Source: Verrucomicrobiota bacterium (GTDB taxonomy: Bacteria > Verrucomicrobiota > Verrucomicrobiia > Limisphaerales > UBA8199). Taken from it: a DNA stretch of 64,000 bases. The DNA is taken from assembly GCA_039806935.1 (NCBI GenBank), contig JBDHQH010000004.1, forward strand, positions 8,027-72,026, written 5' to 3'. The notes below the pieces were generated by a model that was not told the origin of the DNA, searched no databases, and saw only the letters and a program-made list of their open reading frames with translations. Shown one piece after another: positions 1 through 9,550 of this stretch. Both the position numbers and the translations under genes were made by a program. Numbering within the stretch: position 1 is the first letter of the stretch; every line of letters starts with the position of its first letter.

Positions 1-338
1 CGAGCGAACGGGCGCCCTCGGCTTCGGGGGCCGATGCGCAGACCTCCGTGCCGATCCTGGCTTATGGCTTCCGTCAGGATGCGGACCTCGGGGCGGAAAT
101 GATCGTGGACGATCTGCGAGTAGGAACCAGTTTCGCCGCGGTGACCGGCCTCGGGACTCCCGCGATGCTCGAGGCCAATTGGTCCGGCGGGCAAGTGCGA
201 TTAAGTTGGGATGACCCGGCCTGGACGCTGCAAGCCGGCCCGGCGCCGTCCGGAGGGTTCACCAACGTGCCCGGCGCGGCCAGTCCGTGGCCGGTTAACC
301 CGCAAGGCTCCGGCGCCTTCTTCCGGCTGGCGAAATAA
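1..338 (+). CDS. 3' end of a larger, probably secreted or surface protein (5' end lies outside the window)
   Basis: The reading frame is open from the window edge to the stop at 336-338. The C-terminus reads ...NPQGSGAFFRLAK. No catalytic motif recognised. Confidence 0.4.
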   Translation, partial: SERAPSASGADAQTSVPILAYGFRQDADLGAEMIVDDLRVGTSFAAVTGLGTPAMLEANWSGGQVRLSWDDPAWTLQAGPAPSGGFTNVPGAASPWPVNPQGSGAFFRLAK

Positions 339-368
339 AATGCCGGGCGGTATCCAGTCCGCGCCAGA

Positions 369-1358
369 CTATTTTTCAGGCCCGCCGGCCGCACACTCCT
401 CACACACCCGCTGAACCCGGGCGACCGCCAAACCCTGAAGCGATTCCCCCGGGGCGGGAGTGGCTGCCCATTCCGGATGCAGAAATGGGTGGGTGCTTCC
501 CCCCGAGTTGGAATTCATCACCATGACCACTCGGCGGCCGGTCGCGACCGCCAGATGCATCAGCCCGGTATCCCCGCCCACCACCAGCGCCGACAAATGC
601 ATCAGCGCCGCGCTCACCAGCAGCGGCGCCCCCGCGGCAACCGCACAACCGGCTTCCGCCGCCGGGCGAAGCGCCACCCGATCCGCCGGTCCGCCGCCGA
701 CCAGGATCTGAAAACCCCGGCGGCGCCAGACCTCCGCCAGCCGCAAGTAATTCTCCACGCCCCAGTTCTTGTGCGGGCTGCTGGTGAGCGGTTGCAAAAA
801 AAGCATCGGCCGCCGCCCATCCATCCCCGCCCCTTGCAACCACTCCCGGGCTTCGCTCAGGCAGCGCGCGGGCAAAGTAAACTGATTGGACACCGGCGTG
901 GCCGGCGCGCCGCAGCGCGCCAGAAACCGCAGATAAAACTCCGCCGGATGCATTTGATCCTCGCGAGCCACCGGGTCAGTGTAGGCCCAGGCCCGGCCGC
1001 GCCGATAGACCACCCCCCAGCGGCGGGGCGCCCCGCTGAGCCGCGTCAACCAGGCCGTCTCGCCATAGCCCTGAAAGTCAATGACCAGATCAAACTTCCC
1101 GCGCCGCAGGCCGCTCCCGAGCCTCCAGGCCTCCCGCGCAGCCCGCGCCACCCCCCCGCGAAACCTCGCGCGATCCAACACCATCACCTCCGGGCTGCCC
1201 GGAAAACCCTCCAGCAAAGCGGCGTGCTCGGCCGACACGAGAAAAGTCAGGCGCGCCTCGGGAAAAGCCGTGCGCACCCGATGCGCCGCCGGCAGCGTGA
1301 ACAGAATGTCCCCAATGGATTTCAGCCGGATGAGCAGGATGTTGCCCGGGGTGATCAT
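369..1358 (-). CDS. Glycosyltransferase family 9 (LPS heptosyltransferase-like)
   Basis: 329 aa. N-terminal LLIRLKSIGDILFTLPA and C-terminal VGGDTGLMHLAVATG motifs are typical of GT9 ADP-heptose transferases. Confidence 0.8.
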   Translation of the reverse strand: MITPGNILLIRLKSIGDILFTLPAAHRVRTAFPEARLTFLVSAEHAALLEGFPGSPEVMVLDRARFRGGVARAAREAWRLGSGLRRGKFDLVIDFQGYGETAWLTRLSGAPRRWGVVYRRGRAWAYTDPVAREDQMHPAEFYLRFLARCGAPATPVSNQFTLPARCLSEAREWLQGAGMDGRRPMLFLQPLTSSPHKNWGVENYLRLAEVWRRRGFQILVGGGPADRVALRPAAEAGCAVAAGAPLLVSAALMHLSALVVGGDTGLMHLAVATGRRVVMVMNSNSGGSTHPFLHPEWAATPAPGESLQGLAVARVQRVCEECAAGGPEK

Positions 1359-1377
1359 GCCGGCTCCCCAGGGGGGC

Positions 1378-2373
1378 TCACGGGAAGGCCGCCCGCGCCG
1401 TCCCGCACCCCAGCAGCGAAGCCAATCGCCGGGTGCGCGCCACTGCCGCCTCCTCCGTCAGATGGTACATCGTGTCGAAAAAATCGTCCGCCGGATAGAT
1501 GAAGTCCGTGTAGCGCCCGATCACCGGGACGTCCTGGGCACGGTAAAAGTCCTCGAGGCTCGCGATGAAACGCCGGGCTGAATCGGATTCGTATTCGGGC
1601 CGATCGGCGAGGTTCGGATAGGTCGCCAGCACCCGCACCCCGTGCTCGCGGGCCCATTGACAGAACCGGGCAATGACGGGAAGCCCCGCCGGCGGCTCGC
1701 GCAGCCGCCCGCTGAGCACCGACACCACGTTGGTGATGCCGGAGCGGTTCGCCGGCTTGTCGTGATCCGGGTGATTCGTCTGGTCCCCCCAGCGGTTGAT
1801 AAACGCCGGATTATAAACACCTCCGTAGGCCGGCGCGCGCGGCCGGCGGAATCGCTGCTTGAGGCCGCGGATCAACCGGTCGCCCGGCATGAGCATGAAA
1901 ACGTTCCACTGTTCCCGCGGGGTCAACGACCAGAAATAATCGGGGGCGCGCGCCACCAGGTAATCCAGAAACAGCTTGTCCGCCCACCGCGCCTCGACCC
2001 GGCCGTGGTAATAGAGCTCGTACTCCAGCACCAGCAGCACCGTGTCTCCCGGCCGCGCGCACTGGCGGGCGACATGCAGCAGGTAGTCCGTCCCCAGCGC
2101 CGCGTGCGAGCCGAGATTGACCGCCCGGATGCCGCACTGCCGCTCGAGCTCCCGCGCGCTGATCCCGAACAGGGAGGCCGACCCCCCGGCGATCAGCAGC
2201 TTGGGCGAACCCGCCTCCGCGGCGGCGGCCTCTTTCTTCCGCAAAATTTCGCAAGCCCATCCCGAGGCGTCCGTCGGCGCGCCCAGATTGAGCAAAAACG
2301 CGGAAACCGCCAGCGCGAACATCAACCCGAGCCCCAGCGCCAAACCGCCGAAAAATTTCCCGCTTGCGCTCAT
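1378..2373 (-). CDS. Membrane-anchored hypothetical protein, possibly a DltD/SGNH-like acyl-transfer partner of the adjacent MBOAT
   Basis: 331 aa with an N-terminal TM helix (FFGGLALGLGLMFALAVSAFLL). LLIAGGSASLFG and FFDTMYHLT resemble the Ser and Asp/His blocks of DltD-type proteins. Only a 6-nt gap separates it from the MBOAT gene upstream. Confidence 0.45.
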   Translation of the reverse strand: MSASGKFFGGLALGLGLMFALAVSAFLLNLGAPTDASGWACEILRKKEAAAAEAGSPKLLIAGGSASLFGISARELERQCGIRAVNLGSHAALGTDYLLHVARQCARPGDTVLLVLEYELYYHGRVEARWADKLFLDYLVARAPDYFWSLTPREQWNVFMLMPGDRLIRGLKQRFRRPRAPAYGGVYNPAFINRWGDQTNHPDHDKPANRSGITNVVSVLSGRLREPPAGLPVIARFCQWAREHGVRVLATYPNLADRPEYESDSARRFIASLEDFYRAQDVPVIGRYTDFIYPADDFFDTMYHLTEEAAVARTRRLASLLGCGTARAAFP

Positions 2374-2379
2374 GTACCC

Positions 2380-3924
2380 TCAGAAGTTGAAATACAAAAA
2401 CGGGCTCGGCGCCGCGACGTAAAAGCTGCGCAACACCCAAAAGAACGCGCCGCCCAGAAACAAGCCGCCCGCCCACCCCAGCGGCAGCCGCAGCCATCCG
2501 GGGCGCCGCACCTTCTCCAGCGCCGGGTCATACTCGCCCAGCAGCCGCTGTGAATTTGGCAGCAGAAAGACGATCGCCAGCATCGGCGCCATCAGCCGCA
2601 GCAGGCTGGTGTACGACTCCACCGCCAGCACCGGGGGAACGAACTGCCCGCCCAGGCGCTCGATCAGCCACCCGGGGAACCGCCCCGGATTCGTCACTGT
2701 GTCCGCCAGCGTGAACCCGTGCCCGCCCGCCATGCTCGCCAGCACCGAGCCGGCCACCGGCAGATTCGGCGCTCTGAAAAACACCCAGGCAAAAAGCACC
2801 GCCGTGAAAGTAAGCCCCACCGCCAGGCCGCGATACCACGCCGCCTCCAGCTTCCAGCCCCGGCGCTTCCGGAATTTTTGCCACTGGTGCGCCAGCACCA
2901 GATAAAACCCATGCAGCCCGCCCCAGATCACGAAGGTCCAGCCCGCCCCGTGCCAGAGGCCGCTCAGCAACATGGTGATCAGAATGTTCAACGCGTGCCG
3001 GGCCGGCCCGCAGCGGTTGCCGCCCAGCGGGAAGTAGAGGTACTCCCGCAAAAACCGCGTCAGCGTGATGTGCCAGCGCGACCAGAACTCATTGATCGAA
3101 CCCGCCTGGTAGGGTGAATCGAAGTTGATCGGAAACTTGATGCCGAACATGCGGGCCAGCCCGATGGCCATGTCTGAATACCCCGAAAAATCGAAGTAGA
3201 TTTGCAGCGCGTAGGCCAGCGTCCCCAGCCAGGCGTCAAACCAGGGCAGCACCGTGCCCTGCGCCGCCGCTCCGTACACCAGATTCGCGTAGGGCGCGAT
3301 CGCATCCGCCAGCAGCAGCTTCTTGTACAGCCCGAGCAGAAAAAGCGCCAGGCCCACCGCCAGGTCCGTCGCATTCACCTTCAGCAACCGCTGGGCAAAC
3401 TGCGGAATCACCTCCCAATGCCGCACGATCGGCCCCGCGATCAGGTGTGGGAAAAAGACTACGAACAACGCGTAATCCAAAAACCGGTAGTGCAGCGACT
3501 GGTCGCGGTACACATCCACCAGGTAACCGATCTGCGTAAACGTGAAAAACGAGATCGCCAGCGGCAGAATGATCTCCAAATGCGGAAAATAATGCGCCGT
3601 CGTCAGACCCAGCACCTCGAACGCGAAATTCGTGTACTTGTAGAAACCCAGCAGCAAAAGGTTCAGCCCCACGCCCGCCACAATCCCCGCCCGGGCCGCG
3701 CGCCGCCCGCGCTGCCGGGACAGGAATTCCGCCACCGCGTAATTAAAACCTATCGAGAACAGCAGCAGCGGGATGTAGCTGATCTTCCAATAACCGTAAA
3801 AAACCAGTGAAGCCGCCAGCAGCCAGACCTTGCGCGGCCAGCGCGGCAGCGGTGGAATCGCGAAAAACCCAACCAGGGCGATGGGTAAAAACAGGAAAAT
3901 AAATTGCCAGGAGCTGAACAGCAT
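2380..3924 (-). CDS. MBOAT family O-acyltransferase (AlgI/DltB-like)
   Basis: 514 aa, polytopic. The conserved His motif FWSRWHITLTRFLREYLYFPLGGNR matches the AlgI/DltB signature. Confidence 0.85.
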   Translation of the reverse strand: MLFSSWQFIFLFLPIALVGFFAIPPLPRWPRKVWLLAASLVFYGYWKISYIPLLLFSIGFNYAVAEFLSRQRGRRAARAGIVAGVGLNLLLLGFYKYTNFAFEVLGLTTAHYFPHLEIILPLAISFFTFTQIGYLVDVYRDQSLHYRFLDYALFVVFFPHLIAGPIVRHWEVIPQFAQRLLKVNATDLAVGLALFLLGLYKKLLLADAIAPYANLVYGAAAQGTVLPWFDAWLGTLAYALQIYFDFSGYSDMAIGLARMFGIKFPINFDSPYQAGSINEFWSRWHITLTRFLREYLYFPLGGNRCGPARHALNILITMLLSGLWHGAGWTFVIWGGLHGFYLVLAHQWQKFRKRRGWKLEAAWYRGLAVGLTFTAVLFAWVFFRAPNLPVAGSVLASMAGGHGFTLADTVTNPGRFPGWLIERLGGQFVPPVLAVESYTSLLRLMAPMLAIVFLLPNSQRLLGEYDPALEKVRRPGWLRLPLGWAGGLFLGGAFFWVLRSFYVAAPSPFLYFNF

Positions 3925-4096
3925 GCTTCAGCTCCGGCCAAACGATTGGAAGACCGCGTCGCGCAGAGCAAAAAGTAAAGTCGCCGCGCAACCCGGTGGC
4001 AAGGCGGAAAGTGGCCGCGCCAGCCCCTCGCATTTATGAGGCAAACCTCGCCGCCTGCCCCGGCCAAACCCCGGCGGGCCGCCGACTCTGAAACCG

Positions 4097-7000
4097 TCAG
4101 GTCAACGGGCTGCCCCCGCCCAGCCAGCCCCGCACCCGCGCCCCCAAATCGTCGATCAGCGAATACGCCACCGGCGTCACCACCAGCGTCAGCAGCAGGC
4201 ACAAGGATTGGCCGCCGATCACCACCACCGCCACCGCGCGGCGCTCCTCCGCGCCCGGTCCGGTGCCCAGCGCCAACGGCAGCATTCCCGCGATCAACGT
4301 CATCGTGGTCATCAAAATGGGGCGCAATCGCTCCCGATTGCCTTGCAGGATGGCGTCCGGACGAGCCAGGCCCGCGCCGCGCAGCTTGTTCATGTGATCG
4401 ATCTGCAGGATGGCGTTCTTTTTCACCACCCCAAAAAGCACCAGCAAACCCAGCGCCGAATAGAGGTTGATAGTCTGATTGGCCGCCAGCAGCGAGAGAA
4501 AGGCGAACGGCACCGACAACGGCAGCGACAGCAGAATGGTGAAGGGATGCGACAAGCTCTCGAACTGGGAAGCCAGAATGATGTACATCAGCACCACCGA
4601 AAGGGAGAAGGCGAAGATGAACTCGCGGAAAGTGGTCTCCAACTCGCGGGCCCGGCCCGAAACCCGCGTTGAGTAGCCGGTGGGCAGATCAAATTTCGCC
4701 ACCTCGGCGCGCAGCGCCGCGATGCGGTCGGCCTGCGCGTAGCCCGGCGCCACCGACGCCCGCAGGCTGACCTGGCGCTGCCGATCCAGCCGGTCAATCC
4801 GCGAGGGCGTTTGCGTCGGCGTCAGGTCCACCACGTTATCCAGCCGGGCCAGGCCCCCGGTCTGGCGCGGCACAAAAAGCTGCCCGATCACCCCGGCCCG
4901 ATCCCGGTCCGCCGCTTTGAGCCGCACTTCCACATCATAATCTTCGTTCATCGACTCATCCCGAAAACGCGTCACGCGCGGATCACCCCCCACCATCACC
5001 CGCAGGGCGTCCGCGATATCGCCGGTGCCGACGCCCAACGCGGCGGCGCGCTCGCGATCGATCCGCACCCGCAACTCGGGCTTGTCCAGCTTGAGGGTGG
5101 TGTCCGCGTCCAGCAGCCCCAGGGCCGCCGCGTTGGTGCGCAATCGCTCCGCGTAGGTGTTGAGCAGCTCGAGGTCCGGCCCGAGCAGCGCAAAATCAAT
5201 GTCGAAATTCGGCCCGCCGCCGACAAACGTTTGCGGATTGCGGATGGCGATGCGCAGGTCGGGAAAGCGGCTCAACTGGCGGCGAATGCGCTGCTGAATT
5301 TCCCGCTGGGTGAAATTGCCCTGAAACGCGCGCCAGGGCGGCCAGCGCAATAAACGGCTCCAACCAAACGTCCGCTCCTCGTGGGGGGTCAGTTGAATAA
5401 AAAAATTCGCGGTGTTCAGGCCGCCCAAAAAGCCGCCGCCCGCGGTGGCCAGCACCACCCGGATCCCCGGGATGCTCCGCAGCTCCCGCTCGATCCGCAG
5501 GGCCGCCTCGTTGATCGCCGGCAGGCTGGTGCCCTCGGGCGCCGTCACGCGCACGTCGAACTCCCCCTCGTCCACATTCGTGGGCAGATACTCCTGCCGG
5601 ACCAGTTGATACAGCGGAACCGAGGAAGCCATGACCAACGCCGCCAGCCCGGCGACCGCCAGGCGGTGGCCCATCGCCCAGCGCAGCAGGCGCGTGTAGC
5701 CGCGGTCGATCGCCCCGTAAAAGCCGGAGCGCGACCGTGGCGCCCCGGACTTCGGATGGCCGGCGGGCCCCGCCCCCGCGCGCAGCAGGCGGGCGCTCAT
5801 CATCGGGGTGAGCGTGAAGGAGACCAGCAGACTGACCAGGACCGCCACCGCCGCCGTCAGCCCGAACTGGTAGAGAAACCGCCCCGAGATGCTGGACATG
5901 AACGAGACGGGGACAAAAATCACCACCAGACTGAAGGTGGTGGCCATCACCGCCAGCCCGATCTCGGCGGTGGCTTCGCGCGCCGCGTCGAAGGGGCGCA
6001 TCTTCTTCTCCTCGACAAACCGGAAAATGTTCTCCAGCACCACGATCGCGTCATCGATCACGATGCCGACCATCAGCACCAACGCCAGCATAGTGACGCT
6101 GTTCAGCGTGAAATGCAGCGCCTTCATCATGCCGAACGACGCGATCACCGAGCTCGGGATGGCCACGGCGGCGATCACCATCGCCCGCCAATTCCGCATG
6201 AACAACAACACCACCAGGCAGGCCAGCGCGCTCCCGAGCACCAGATGAACCTTGATCTCGTGCAACGCCTGGTAAATATAGCGCGATTGATCCCGGGTAA
6301 CCCGCAGGCGGATGTCGCCGGGCAGTTGTGGCTCGAGCTCCCGCAGCTTCTCCTTGACGCCCTCGATGACCGCGACGGTGTTGGCTCCCGTTTGACGCAG
6401 CACGTCCAGCACCACCGCCGGCTCGCCGTTGAACCGCGAGATCGAGCGCTGCTCCTTCGTGCCATCCTCCGCCCACCCGAGGTCCCGCACCCGGATCGGC
6501 GCCCCGTTGCGCGTCGCGACGACGAGGTCATTAAACGCCTTCGGATCCTGCAGCCGTCCCATCGTGCGCAAAACCTGCTCCTGCAAGTCTCCCGTCACGT
6601 TGCCCCCGGGGATGTTCGCGTTCTGCCGCTCGACGGCGTCGCGCACCGCCCGCACCGGCAGTTGATACGCCGCCAGGCGGTCGGCGTCCACCCAGACATT
6701 GATCGCCCGCTCCAGACCGCCGGAAATATTCACCTCCCCCACCCCGGCAGACCGCTCGATGTGGGTCTTCACGATCTTGTCCGCGATCTCGGTCAGCTCC
6801 CGTTGCGAACGCGACCCCGAAAGCGCCAGAGATAAAATAGGCGATTGGTCCGTGTCGGTCTTGGCAATCGTCGGAGGATCGGTGTCGCGGGGCAGATCGC
6901 GCACCACCAGCCCCACGCGATCCCGCACATCCTGCGCCGCCGAGTCGGGGTTCCGTTCCAGGTTGAAGGTGACCACAATGAACGCCGAGCCCGAGCCGTT

Positions 7001-7252
7001 GATGGAGCGCAACTCCTGCACGCCCTCGATGGTATTCAGCACCTCCTCGATCGGCTGCGAAACCTGGGCTTCCATCTCCGCCGGCGAGGCCCCCGGCAGG
7101 CGTGTGCTGACGCGCACCGTCGGCAAATCCACCGCCGGAAAACGATCCACCTGCAAATGCAGGTAACCGGCCACCCCCACCACCACCAGCGTCAGCACGA
7201 TCATCGTGGCGAAGACCGGGCGCCGGATGCAAATTTCCGCCAGCTTCTGCAT
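4097..7252 (-). CDS. RND efflux permease (AcrB/HAE1-type)
   Basis: About 1051 aa from the ATG at 7252 (MQKLAEICIRRPVFATMIVL...). It has typical AcrB N-terminal and 12-TM organisation. The longer ORF to 7312 would overlap the adaptor gene by 56 nt. Confidence 0.9.
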   Translation of the reverse strand: MQKLAEICIRRPVFATMIVLTLVVVGVAGYLHLQVDRFPAVDLPTVRVSTRLPGASPAEMEAQVSQPIEEVLNTIEGVQELRSINGSGSAFIVVTFNLERNPDSAAQDVRDRVGLVVRDLPRDTDPPTIAKTDTDQSPILSLALSGSRSQRELTEIADKIVKTHIERSAGVGEVNISGGLERAINVWVDADRLAAYQLPVRAVRDAVERQNANIPGGNVTGDLQEQVLRTMGRLQDPKAFNDLVVATRNGAPIRVRDLGWAEDGTKEQRSISRFNGEPAVVLDVLRQTGANTVAVIEGVKEKLRELEPQLPGDIRLRVTRDQSRYIYQALHEIKVHLVLGSALACLVVLLFMRNWRAMVIAAVAIPSSVIASFGMMKALHFTLNSVTMLALVLMVGIVIDDAIVVLENIFRFVEEKKMRPFDAAREATAEIGLAVMATTFSLVVIFVPVSFMSSISGRFLYQFGLTAAVAVLVSLLVSFTLTPMMSARLLRAGAGPAGHPKSGAPRSRSGFYGAIDRGYTRLLRWAMGHRLAVAGLAALVMASSVPLYQLVRQEYLPTNVDEGEFDVRVTAPEGTSLPAINEAALRIERELRSIPGIRVVLATAGGGFLGGLNTANFFIQLTPHEERTFGWSRLLRWPPWRAFQGNFTQREIQQRIRRQLSRFPDLRIAIRNPQTFVGGGPNFDIDFALLGPDLELLNTYAERLRTNAAALGLLDADTTLKLDKPELRVRIDRERAAALGVGTGDIADALRVMVGGDPRVTRFRDESMNEDYDVEVRLKAADRDRAGVIGQLFVPRQTGGLARLDNVVDLTPTQTPSRIDRLDRQRQVSLRASVAPGYAQADRIAALRAEVAKFDLPTGYSTRVSGRARELETTFREFIFAFSLSVVLMYIILASQFESLSHPFTILLSLPLSVPFAFLSLLAANQTINLYSALGLLVLFGVVKKNAILQIDHMNKLRGAGLARPDAILQGNRERLRPILMTTMTLIAGMLPLALGTGPGAEERRAVAVVVIGGQSLCLLLTLVVTPVAYSLIDDLGARVRGWLGGGSPLT

Positions 7253-7256
7253 CCGC

Positions 7257-8528
7257 CTACCGGGCTGCTCCGACCGCCAGCCGGGATTCCGTTCCGGCGT
7301 CCGCGGGCGCAATCTTCACCGGCTGGCCCGTGCGCAAACCGCCCGGATTCAGCACCACCTCCTCGCCCGCCACGAGGCCCGAGAGAATCTCGACCCAACC
7401 GTCTCCGCGCCGGCCGGTCGCCACGACTTTCTCCAGGGCCGCCCCGTTCTGCGCCACGAGCACCTTCTCAATTCCAGCGAAAATGACCAGCGCTTCCGCC
7501 GGCACACTCAAACTCTCCTGCCGCCCATCCACAATGATGCTCGCCCGCGCGAACAAACCCGCCCGCAACGCGCCGCGCGCCGGCACATCCGCCTCCACCA
7601 TCAGCGTCCGGCTGTCCTCGTCCAGGGCGGGACTAAGCCGCGCAATGTCGCCACTGTAAGCGTTGGTGTCGCCCTCCACGAAAAGCTGCACCGCCTGCCC
7701 CGCGCGCACCAGGCCGCTCTCCCGCTCGGGCACTTGCAGCCGCAGCCGCAGCGGATCCGTCTTGACCAACTCCACGATCGGGCTGCCCACCGCCACATAC
7801 TCGCCCAAATGCGCCAGCCGCGCCTGCACCGCTCCCGCAAACGGCGCCCGCACGGTCGTATCGGCCAGTTGCTTTTGCGCCAGATCAAACTCCGCCCGGC
7901 GCCGGGCCACGGTGGCGATCCGCGCGCGCGCCTCCTCCAACGCCGTATCCCGCCGGGAAACGGCCACTTTGTAAGATGACTCCGCCGCCTCCAATTCCGC
8001 TTGGGCCGCAATGCCGGAATGAAACAACGCCTCGATGCGCTGCCGGTTGGCGGCCGCCTCCTCCAGCACCGCCCGGGCCTGCCGCACAGCGCTGATTTCC
8101 TCCAACTCCGGGTGATCCGCCTCCCCCTCGGCGGGCAGACCCAGCGCGGTGCGCGCCTCGGCCAACGCCGCCGCCGCCTGCGCGAGGCCCAATTCGTAGT
8201 CGCGAGGCTCGATTTGCGCGAGCAGCTCGCCTTCCTTCGCGGCGCTCCCAATATCCACCGGCAGCAAGTGCAGACGCCCCGCCACCTTGGCGCTCAGCAC
8301 CGATTTCTCCTGCGCCGCCAGCGTCCCCGTCACCGCGATCGCCTGAGCCATCGGGCGTCTCGCCGCGCGAGCCACGTGGACCGCCCGAACCTCCCCCGCG
8401 GGCCCCGACTCGGGCTGCTTCACCTCCCGCTCCCCGCAGCCCGCCAAAGCTCCAACGCACAGAACCGCCACACCGGCTACCCGTACCCAACCTCCCGGCC
8501 AACCATTCGGCGGCCAGGCGCGCACCAT
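7257..8528 (-). CDS. RND efflux periplasmic adaptor (MFP/HlyD family), lipoprotein
   Basis: Start chosen at MVRAWPPNG... Lipobox ALAGC. Coiled-coil hairpin segment (AAAALAEARTALG...ELEAAESSYKVA). Ends 4 nt before the permease ATG. Confidence 0.85.
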   Translation of the reverse strand: MVRAWPPNGWPGGWVRVAGVAVLCVGALAGCGEREVKQPESGPAGEVRAVHVARAARRPMAQAIAVTGTLAAQEKSVLSAKVAGRLHLLPVDIGSAAKEGELLAQIEPRDYELGLAQAAAALAEARTALGLPAEGEADHPELEEISAVRQARAVLEEAAANRQRIEALFHSGIAAQAELEAAESSYKVAVSRRDTALEEARARIATVARRRAEFDLAQKQLADTTVRAPFAGAVQARLAHLGEYVAVGSPIVELVKTDPLRLRLQVPERESGLVRAGQAVQLFVEGDTNAYSGDIARLSPALDEDSRTLMVEADVPARGALRAGLFARASIIVDGRQESLSVPAEALVIFAGIEKVLVAQNGAALEKVVATGRRGDGWVEILSGLVAGEEVVLNPGGLRTGQPVKIAPADAGTESRLAVGAAR

Positions 8529-8652
8529 GACTAAACTCTTCAAACAGGAACAGGAAACCCCACTCGCACAAGGATGTCGAGCCGCTTGTCCACAAAACAC
8601 GAGCGCCATCGGCCCAAGGCCCGAATGGCGCCCGTGCTGAAACCAGACTCAC

Positions 8653-8775
8653 TCAGTGCTTCTTACCGCCGCGCTTGCCCGATTTCGGCGTCGAGACCGG
8701 CTGCGCCTGCGGTTGCTGCGCGGGGGCTGGGGCGGGCTGCTGCGTGGACGGAGCGTTCGTGTTTGTGTTGTTCAT
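8653..8775 (-). CDS. Possible 40-aa small ORF (MNNTNTNAPSTQQPAPAPAQQPQAQPVSTPKSGKRGGKKH)
   Basis: Hand-translated ATG..TGA ORF, below the ORF-track cutoff. It sits in the AT-rich spacer upstream of the RND operon. Low-complexity composition and no homology evidence. Confidence 0.2.
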   Translation of the reverse strand: MNNTNTNAPSTQQPAPAPAQQPQAQPVSTPKSGKRGGKKH

Positions 8776-9018
8776 TGCAATAAACGATTGATTGTTAATT
8801 CAACTCAGTTACGCGGATCATAATGGTCCGCGGCAGCCATTAGGCATACCGAATGCCATCTTGAGCAAAATCCTTGCTCCCAGGAACTTGTGACTTTTCG
8901 GGATTTTCAGGCGTGGATCGTTTCCGGCAATTCGCGCAACTGCTGCACCACACGGACGTGAGCTTGTGCAAGGCGCGCTTGTCAGCAATCGCCAGGCGAG
9001 CAGCCAAGCGGAGGAAAA

Positions 9019-9372
9019 TGGTGGAGGCGGCGGGAGTTGAACCCGCGTCCCAGACAAGTTTACCAGCAGCGACTACATGTTTAGCCGAGAGATATTTTTC
9101 TACCGCGCGATAACGTCCCGGCGCCGAGTCGCACAGCCTAGCCCGCGGTAAATATTTCAGCCGGTGGCGCGCGGGCGCCAACACCTGCCTAACCTGCTAT
9201 GGCGTTCCTCCGGCGTAGCAGGTGTCCGCCGGCGAACGTCGCGGCAACTTAGGCCGCGAGAGCTAATTCTTCGTTAGCAGTTGATGTTTGGTCCGATGAT
9301 TAACGAGGCCGACGAACCATCCTCGACATGCCGCCTCTGATTTGCCCGCCCGGTCGAAACCAGTACGCCCCC
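9019..9372 (-). ncRNA. ssrA: tmRNA (SsrA), tag peptide ANEELALAA
   Basis: The minus strand starts GGGGGCGTACTGGTTTCGACCGGG and ends GGACGCGGGTTCAACTCCCGCCGCCTCCACCA. The acceptor stem pairs and includes a G3:U pair. The tag reading frame GCT AAC GAA GAA TTA GCT CTC GCG GCC TAA lies at 9249-9278. Confidence 0.95.
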
Positions 9373-9550
9373 AGAGGTGTCCCACCAATCTACAATGAAA
9401 CGCGCCGGATGCAACGAGAAAGAACCCCCTCAGGACGCGCCGCGCCATCCCTCCACCCCCGGCGGTCTTCCCGAGCTTCTCGAAAACTCGCGAAAACCAT
9501 ATCCGAAATTTTCACTTTTCGCGCGCGGCTCGCGCGGGTTTAATGCGCTG

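Noticed and set aside
5381-6835. Long ORFs antisense to, or out of frame with, the called genes. Examples: 477-1502, 5381-6835, 9512-10555, 11472-13199, 14725-16257, 16227-17372, 27467-28414, 28788-29780, 33017-34198, 34105-35487, 43672-44727, 46966-48837, 49923-51098, 60339-62273 and 62317-63684.
   Set aside because: These are typical shadow ORFs of GC-rich DNA. Their translations are Arg/Pro/Gly/His-rich and low in complexity, with no recognisable motifs. In every case the opposite or alternative frame encodes a protein with clear family signatures.
7253-7312. N-terminal extensions given by the longest-ORF calls. These are 7312 for the RND permease, 8609 for the adaptor, 9377 for the peptidase, 23334 for sigma and 28575 for LptF/G. 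They also include 34015 for the sulfotransferase, 35532 for NtrC, 46909 for Lon, 51134 for the rSAM enzyme, 51963 for nuoA and 55570 for nuoI.
   Set aside because: Each extension overlaps or crowds the neighbouring gene or RNA, or adds an Arg/Pro-rich segment that has no counterpart in the family. An internal ATG that reproduces the conserved family N-terminus exists in every case.
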